From Chlorobiota bacterium (lineage in GTDB: Bacteria > Bacteroidota > Ignavibacteria > OLB7), in NCBI GenBank assembly GCA_028287785.1, contig JAQBOZ010000007.1, forward strand, positions 271,393 through 335,392: 64,000 bases of DNA, written 5' to 3'. The notes beneath the pieces are model-generated. The model was not told where the DNA came from. It saw nothing but the letters and a program-made list of their open reading frames with translations, and made no database searches. Each line of letters begins with the position of its first letter. Position 1 is the first letter of the stretch. The position numbers were made by a program, and so were the translations under genes. Shown here one piece after another: positions 58,142 to 64,000 of the stretch.

Positions 58142-61100
58142 ATGCTCATGAGGCTGATTTCATCTGATCCGGCAGGCGGCGGGAAGAACCTGCTTCCGCT
58201 CACCATCGCGCTCATCATCGCCATCATTGCGCTGGTTCCGGGCGTTCTCCGCGCGCAGGGGGGGACATCATCGGACGCTCCGCCGAGCGGGGAAACCGTG
58301 GAACGCGCGCTCTCCTCGCTGCCGGTCGTCTTCCGCAGGAACGCGGGGCAGTGGGAAGATCCGATTCTCTACCAGGGACGCTCCGCGGGGGCCAATGTCT
58401 ACTTTATGCGGGACGGGCTCAGCTTCGGCTATACGCGTGAGATAGAGGGAGAGGACGAGGAGGGAGAGGGTGATGAGGGGAGCCACGGCGATGAGTCGGA
58501 TGCATCGGAATTCCTGGTCTGGAACCTCACGTTCGCCGGGATGAATCCCAATGCGCGCGTCGTCTCCGAAGGGGAACACGAGGGGAACACGAACTATCTC
58601 CGCGGCGAGGATTTCAGCAGACACCTGACCCATGTGCCGGAGTATTCGCGCCTCTGGTACAGGGATATCTACCCCCATATCGATCTCCGCTACTACGGCA
58701 CCGGAGCGGCGTTGAAGTACGATTATATCGTGGCGCCGGAGGGGAATATCGCCGATATCAGGATGGCGTGCAGCGGCATCGAGAAGCTGGCGATCAACGC
58801 AAAGGGACAGCTCGAAATCACCAACGCCTGGGGAACCGTGGCCGAGGAAGTGCCCTTCACCTATCAGGTGATCAACGGCGCCAGACGCGAAGTGGCGTCG
58901 CGCTATCGGATGGTGAACGATACCACGTTCGGCTTTGCGATCACCGGCGGCTACGATCATGCGGAGCCGATCGTGATCGACCCGATCATGCTGGCGTGGT
59001 CCACCTTCGTCGGCGGGACGGGGGATGAACAGATGGGATATATCCGCGATATCGCCGTGGATAAGAAGGGGAATGTCTACGGCACCGGCTGGTATACCGC
59101 CGGGTTCCCGACAACGCCCGGCGTCTACGGCAAAGGCGCGTTCGGCCCCGACTACAATTTCTTCCACGACTACTACAACGATGTCTTCGTCTTCAAGCTG
59201 GACGCCACAGGGACAAAGCTGATCTACTCCACCTATATCGGCGGCTCATCGAACGAGCTGGGGCTCAGGCTCAGGGTGAACGATGCGGGAGAAGCGTTTG
59301 TTACCGGGCAGACCTTCACATCCGGGGGCGGGTTCGGGCGGAACAACTTTCCGATCACCGCCAACGCGCTGTCGAAAACGTATGGCGGCAACTTCGATCT
59401 CTTCGCCCTCCGCCTGAGCGCCGACGGGACAAAGCTGATCTACTCCACCTACATCGGCGGTGATGATTACGAGGACGTTGGGGGGATCGCGATCGATCAG
59501 CAGGGATCGCTCTATATCTGCGGCTCCACATCCAGCAGCAATTTTCCGACGACGGCCGGCGCCATCCGCCGCACCCCCTACGGCAACTCGGATATCTTCG
59601 TCTCCAAACTCGCCGACGATGGAAGCAGGATGATCTTCTCCACCTATATCGGTCAGAAGGGGAATGACAGCGCGTACGATATGGCGCTCGACCGCCAGGG
59701 AAATATCTACGTTTCAGGGTGGACAAGCTCCACCAATTTCCCCGTCACCGCCGGAGCCTACGCAACCCGCTACGGCGGCGCGGGGGCGGGAGTTGTGCTG
59801 AAGCTGGCCCCCGATGGGGGACGCATTATCTACGCAACCTTTATCCAGTCCGCCAACGACGACAAGAACGTGATCGCGGTTGACCGCGACGGGAGCGCCG
59901 TTGTTGCCGGGACCACCAACGACCGGAACTTCCCCACCACCGCGAAGGCGTATTCGCGAACGCTGAAGGGGGCCTCCGATGCGTTCGTGGTAAAACTGGA
60001 TAGCCTTGGGGCGACGGCGCGCTACTCCACGCTCCTTGGCGGAAGCGGCAATGAACAGCCCGAGGGAATCGCCCTTGCCGCCGGCGGAGAGGTCTTTATC
60101 TCCGGAAGATTGATCTTCCCGAACGCCCCCTCCACCCGGAATTTCAAGGCCGATTTCCCCGTGACCAGATGCGCGCTGGAACCGGATTACCGCTCGCAGA
60201 TGGATTTCAGTTTGCTGTGGGACGGCTTCGTCAGCCGCCTGAGCGCCGACGGGGCGCGGCTTGAATACTCCACCTATCTCGGCGGCAAGAACAATGATTA
60301 CTACGCCAGAGTCATATTCGATACGGTCGGCGGCAGGCAGGATCTCTATATCTCGATAACAACCCATTCCCCCGATTTCGTCACCACGCCGGGATCGTTT
60401 CAGCCGGTGAAGCTGAACACTGCCCGCGATCAGCCGGTGGTGATGAAGCTTAGTCCCATCTACCGTCCCGCGTTCACGCACCGGGCCGATAACTGCGGCG
60501 GGGATCGATTCTTCGATTCCACCATCGCCGACTGCATCTGGACCGACAGCACATGGACGCCGGGAAGCTGGCGATGGGATTTCGGCGATGGATCGACATC
60601 GACCGATCGCAACCCCATCCATTCCTACACGCGTCCCGGCGACTACGCGGTAACGCTGGTGACCGGAGCGCCGTACGACTCGATAACGACCGTCGTTCAT
60701 ATCGCCCCGGCGGGCTCCATCGCACCCGCCGCCGCCGCCCATATCGCGACCGACAACCGGGCGATGCCTGGGGATTCCGTGACGATTCCTGTGGTGCTCG
60801 ATACCCCCGCCGATACGCTCGGCTGCCGCCGGATAGCCTTCTCGATCCTCTATGACAGCAACATGATGAGCCTGGCAAATGCCACCCCCACCAGGCTCCC
60901 CTCGATGCTCAAGGGGACGCTTGTCGAGGGATGGACCCCGATGGTAACGGCCGATCGCCCCGGCTTCTTCTCCCTCACGCTGGATGCTCCGCTCTCGATT
61001 CAGCCGCTGAAGGGGAAGGGAAATATTCTCGAGCTGCGGTTTTCCACATTTATCAAGGGGGCGGGCGACGCGCAGACCGATTCGATCTGGCGATCGCCGC

Positions 61101-61477
61101 TGCCGTTCGATCTTACGCTCTACACGGCGCAGTGCGCGCCGGTTGCCACCGTTCCGGGGGAACTCCGATTCGAGCTCTGCGGCATGCGGGAACGCCTGAT
61201 CATCGCCACGATGTCGAAGTATGCTCTGAGGCCCAATGCCCCCAACCCGGTCCACTCCGCCACGGATATCGAGTTCTCGCTCGGCCTGGATGGCTATACA
61301 ACGCTGGCGGTCTACAATGCCCGCGGGGAAAAAGTGGAGACGCTGGTGGATGGATACCTGGAGCCCGGAAGCTACGCGGCCCACTGGGATGGAACCCGTC
61401 ATCCCTCCGGCGTCTATCACTACCGGCTCTCCTCCGGCACCTGGAGCGCGGAGGGGAGGATGCTGCTGACGAAATGA
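58142..61477 (+). CDS. secreted SBBP beta-propeller-repeat protein with PKD domain and T9SS C-terminal sorting domain
   Basis: Repeated YSTYIGGxxxExGxxIAxDxxGNxYVxGxTxSxNFPTTxGA (SBBP) units x~9, PKD-like WDFGDGSTSTDRNPIHSYTRPGDYAVTLV, C-terminal ...RPNAPNPVHSATDIEFSL...GVYHYRLSSGTWSAEGRMLLTK. Start at MLMRLISS (TM/signal anchor follows). Confidence 0.75.
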   Translation: MLMRLISSDPAGGGKNLLPLTIALIIAIIALVPGVLRAQGGTSSDAPPSGETVERALSSLPVVFRRNAGQWEDPILYQGRSAGANVYFMRDGLSFGYTREIEGEDEEGEGDEGSHGDESDASEFLVWNLTFAGMNPNARVVSEGEHEGNTNYLRGEDFSRHLTHVPEYSRLWYRDIYPHIDLRYYGTGAALKYDYIVAPEGNIADIRMACSGIEKLAINAKGQLEITNAWGTVAEEVPFTYQVINGARREVASRYRMVNDTTFGFAITGGYDHAEPIVIDPIMLAWSTFVGGTGDEQMGYIRDIAVDKKGNVYGTGWYTAGFPTTPGVYGKGAFGPDYNFFHDYYNDVFVFKLDATGTKLIYSTYIGGSSNELGLRLRVNDAGEAFVTGQTFTSGGGFGRNNFPITANALSKTYGGNFDLFALRLSADGTKLIYSTYIGGDDYEDVGGIAIDQQGSLYICGSTSSSNFPTTAGAIRRTPYGNSDIFVSKLADDGSRMIFSTYIGQKGNDSAYDMALDRQGNIYVSGWTSSTNFPVTAGAYATRYGGAGAGVVLKLAPDGGRIIYATFIQSANDDKNVIAVDRDGSAVVAGTTNDRNFPTTAKAYSRTLKGASDAFVVKLDSLGATARYSTLLGGSGNEQPEGIALAAGGEVFISGRLIFPNAPSTRNFKADFPVTRCALEPDYRSQMDFSLLWDGFVSRLSADGARLEYSTYLGGKNNDYYARVIFDTVGGRQDLYISITTHSPDFVTTPGSFQPVKLNTARDQPVVMKLSPIYRPAFTHRADNCGGDRFFDSTIADCIWTDSTWTPGSWRWDFGDGSTSTDRNPIHSYTRPGDYAVTLVTGAPYDSITTVVHIAPAGSIAPAAAAHIATDNRAMPGDSVTIPVVLDTPADTLGCRRIAFSILYDSNMMSLANATPTRLPSMLKGTLVEGWTPMVTADRPGFFSLTLDAPLSIQPLKGKGNILELRFSTFIKGAGDAQTDSIWRSPLPFDLTLYTAQCAPVATVPGELRFELCGMRERLIIATMSKYALRPNAPNPVHSATDIEFSLGLDGYTTLAVYNARGEKVETLVDGYLEPGSYAAHWDGTRHPSGVYHYRLSSGTWSAEGRMLLTK

Positions 61478-61509
61478 TGATCGCGCCACGATGCAATGCA
61501 CTGTTGTAA

Positions 61510-61530
61510 GGGGACGTTTTAAACGTCCCC
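61510..61530. repeat. palindrome GGGGACGTTTTAAACGTCCCC between convergent genes
   Basis: Same TAA-GGGGACGTTTyAAACGTCCCC-CGAC context as the copies at 19534 and 19603. Confidence 0.8.
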
Positions 61531-61540
61531 CGACAGGCCG

Positions 61541-63202
61541 TTATACATCATCGCTGCTGCCGGGGGGGAGCTTCGGCTCCACCATCACCACTTCCTCGCG
61601 TTCCATCATCACGGCACCCACCGCGGCGCCCCGCGGCTTCCGGACATGCTTCTTCAGCGTGTAGGCCACCGGCACCATCTTGGCCCCCCGTGCCCCGGAG
61701 TAGTACGCCGCAATCGACGCCGCCCCACGAATCGCGTCGCGCGGGGGCTTTGATTTCGGGTCGCTCCAGCGGAGGACGACGTGCGAGCCCGATGAGCCGC
61801 GCGCGTGGAACCAGTAATCGTTTGGACGGGCGAACCTGACGGTCAGCTCGTCGTTGTTCGCGGCGTTCTTTCCGGCGTAGACCTCGTGCCCGCCGGCCAC
61901 CTCGAACTTTCTGAATCGCTCCGGCGTGCCGGGCTCCTTTGCTTCTGCGGTCATCGTGAATAGATCCTTGTTCTCCTGTTCAATCCGTTCCAGCTCGTCG
62001 CTGCCGGTCGCCGCCGCCGCCCGTTCCAGCAGCCCGGCTATCCGTTCCAGCGTCCGCCGGTTTCTCTGAATTCCGGCGCTTCCCCGCGCCATCGAGTCGC
62101 GCGCGCCGCGTGCCTTCCTGAAATAGCGCTCGGCGTTCTCCACCGGCGTCAGCCTGGCATCCAGGGTGATTTCCCTCCCCTGCCCCTCCCAGTCCGTCAG
62201 CGTCACCTTCGCGCTCCCCTTCTCCACCAGTTGAAGGTTGCTCATCAGGAGGGTTCCCTGGCTCTCCCAGTCCTCCCCCTTTTTCTGCTGCGATGTCGAG
62301 TCCAGCCGGTTGGCGAGCGAGCGCTCCAGCCTTGTCCGCTCGGTCGTCAGGCGCTTGAAGATTCTATCGCGCAGCGCAGCAAAGCTCCTCCCATGAAACG
62401 ATGCCGACCTGTGGGCGCGCACGGCGCGATCGAGCCGGCTGAACGTCTCGACCCGGACCGCCTGAAGCTCCAGGCTCCGCAGTTCCACCAGGGAGAAGAT
62501 CACCTCATCGGGAAGATGGTAGAGATAAAAGGTCTCGCTGGCCTCCGCCGCGCCGTACAACTGGTCGATCTCCGCGAAGAGCGCGTCCAGCGTGGCGTCG
62601 TCAAGATCGTGGAGAGCGGCGGCCCCAACCAGCCCGCGACGGAAGAGCGCCTCCGCCGCAAGCCGCTTCCCAAGCTCCGGGATGGCGCGGGTCAGCGCGC
62701 GCGATGGCGGCTCATGGATGCTTCTGATCGTGGCGCGGAGATCGTCGGGGGAGCGGACATCGTGCTCCGCGCGACCGGAGATGATCGCATCATACTCCCC
62801 GGAATATTTCGTGAAGGAATCGATCACCCCCCAGTCGCGAAGCAGCAGGATGTTGCCGCCGCCACCGCCGAAGAAGAAGATCGCCAGCTCATCGCCGCCG
62901 GAGAAATGAATGGTGATGGCCCGCTCCCCCTCATCGATCGTCACACCGGTCACCTGCTCCCCGAGCAGCCCCCCGAAAAAGTCGATAGTGTTCCGGCGCG
63001 CCCGATGAATCTCATCGCGCATCAGAGCGTAGCCAAGCTGCGGGTCAAGCGCCACCTCCACGAAACGGGATTCCCGCCCCTGAATAAAGCGGAGGACCAG
63101 CGCGTTTTTTTCCTGCGACCAGCATTCCGCGAGATGCCAGCCCCGAAGCCCTTCATCGAGCAGGAGCGCCTCGTGAGCGAATGTGAGATAATGACGGATC
63201 AT
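61541..63202 (-). CDS. NFACT-family (FbpA/RqcH-like, DUF814) RNA-binding protein, ribosome-quality-control homologue
   Basis: N-terminal NFACT-N, coiled-coil middle, C-terminal NFACT-R motif ...WFHARGSSGSHVVLR...; 553 aa. Confidence 0.75.
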   Translation of the reverse strand: MIRHYLTFAHEALLLDEGLRGWHLAECWSQEKNALVLRFIQGRESRFVEVALDPQLGYALMRDEIHRARRNTIDFFGGLLGEQVTGVTIDEGERAITIHFSGGDELAIFFFGGGGGNILLLRDWGVIDSFTKYSGEYDAIISGRAEHDVRSPDDLRATIRSIHEPPSRALTRAIPELGKRLAAEALFRRGLVGAAALHDLDDATLDALFAEIDQLYGAAEASETFYLYHLPDEVIFSLVELRSLELQAVRVETFSRLDRAVRAHRSASFHGRSFAALRDRIFKRLTTERTRLERSLANRLDSTSQQKKGEDWESQGTLLMSNLQLVEKGSAKVTLTDWEGQGREITLDARLTPVENAERYFRKARGARDSMARGSAGIQRNRRTLERIAGLLERAAAATGSDELERIEQENKDLFTMTAEAKEPGTPERFRKFEVAGGHEVYAGKNAANNDELTVRFARPNDYWFHARGSSGSHVVLRWSDPKSKPPRDAIRGAASIAAYYSGARGAKMVPVAYTLKKHVRKPRGAAVGAVMMEREEVVMVEPKLPPGSSDDV

Positions 63203-63276
63203 GCCGATGCCCTTGCGATTTCCCGAAAGCCGGCAAGTTAGGGAGAAGGCGTGGTTCTGATAACGTGTTGGGGATC

Positions 63277-63589
63277 ATGGGTAGTGACTCAGGTTGGGAT
63301 ACGGTTCATGCTGTTCGGACTCATCGAGGGCATTCGGCATCTCTCCTTCCAGCCCCATCGGGGCGTACCGGTTGTAGCAATGCCATGTCTTCGATGATCT
63401 GAAGCTCCATCGGAGCGTACCATTTGGCACGGATGCGGGGATGGTACGCTCCGATGGAGCTTGAGCGGGAGATGGGAGCATTGTTGCTACAACCGGCGCG
63501 CTCCTACGGAGCTTGAAGAGTGAAGGAGGGATCGCCGCTCGATGATTGTTCAGCAGATGGAAGACTGGATTCAAACTGAGTCACTACCG
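63277..63589. mobile_element. MITE-like element family A, copy 3 (inverted relative to copy 1)
   Basis: GGTAGTGACTCAGGTTGGG...CAAACTGAGTCACTACCGG; internal AGCTCCATCGGAGCGTACC-loop-GGTACGCTCCGATGGAGCT; preceded by GATCATG. Confidence 0.6.
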
Positions 63590-63590
63590 G

Positions 63591-63906
63591 ATCATGAGAG
63601 TGACTCGGGTTGGGATGGGATTCATGATGCCCGGAATCATGGAGGCACCCGGCAGCCGTCTTCACAGCCCCAGCGGGGCGAGCCGGTTGTAGCAATGCCA
63701 TGTCTTTTGTGATGTCAAGCTCCGTAGGAGCGTACCATTCGGCACGGATGCGGGGATGGTTCGCTCCGATGGAGCTTGGGCAAACAACGGGAGCATCGTT
63801 ACTACAACCGGCGCGCTCCTACGGAGCTTGAAGAGCGATGAAGACTTCGCCGATGGAGGATCATTCAAGGGCTCCGAGGCTGGATTCACACTGAGGCACT
63901 GCCAGA
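63591..63906. mobile_element. MITE-like element family A, copy 4, in direct tandem with copy 3
   Basis: Starts ATCATGAGAGTGACTCGGGTTGGGATGG, same internal hairpin set, ends CACACTGAGGCACTGCCAGATCAT. Confidence 0.55.
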
Positions 63907-64000
63907 TCATCGCACAATTCCCTCTTCCCTTTGGAAGTTGTGGGGAGATAAGTTGAAATTGCCATTCATGCTCTTCTCGAAACAGACACGCCGTCGCTCG

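Noticed and set aside
1-64000. CRISPR arrays, rRNA genes, prophage or integrase/transposase genes
   Set aside because: No arrays of short direct repeats separated by unique spacers, no rRNA-like conserved stretches, and no recombinase or transposase-like ORF were seen. The only repeat structures are the MITE-like and REP-like palindromic families described above.

Overview
This 64-kb window has high GC (roughly 65% by eye) and is densely coding. It carries about 47 supportable CDS, 2 tRNAs (Val-GAC, His-GTG) and no rRNA or CRISPR. Gene content is housekeeping (metG, lysS, gltX, sucC, aroE, aspartokinase, mgtE) mixed with envelope and secretion genes. At least four large secreted proteins end in a type-IX-secretion (T9SS) C-terminal sorting domain, and there are two paralogous vWA+OmpA lipoproteins, an outer-membrane beta-barrel, and GT-C and GT4 glycosyltransferases. 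This suggests a high-GC member of the Bacteroidota/Rhodothermota/Ignavibacteriota-type (FCB) radiation; that is an inference, not a database result. The features least explained by ordinary annotation are: (1) a conserved 7-gene MoxR AAA+/DUF58/DUF4350/DUF4129/membrane/SpoIIM-like operon with a divergent RDD gene; (2) two families of miniature inverted-repeat (MITE-like) elements, a ~312-bp nested-palindrome element in 4 copies and a ~135-160-bp element in 2 copies, both of which abut TAG stop codons; (3) two related families of GC-rich 'GGGG..G.TTTNAAA.C..CCCC' intergenic palindromes, including a perfect 53-nt palindrome and a 69-bp tandem duplication that copies the 3' end of an outer-membrane-protein gene; (4) unusual domain architectures: SucC with a ~110-aa polyacidic tail, a HAD-hydrolase/deaminase fusion, an FAD-oxidoreductase/Rieske fusion, and an orphan anti-sigma-factor-type kinase coupled to a membrane glycosyltransferase. 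Window-edge genes are absent from the supplied ORF track; a partial TolB-like gene was recovered by hand translation at the 5' edge. Many long ORFs antisense to real genes are high-GC artefacts and are rejected.
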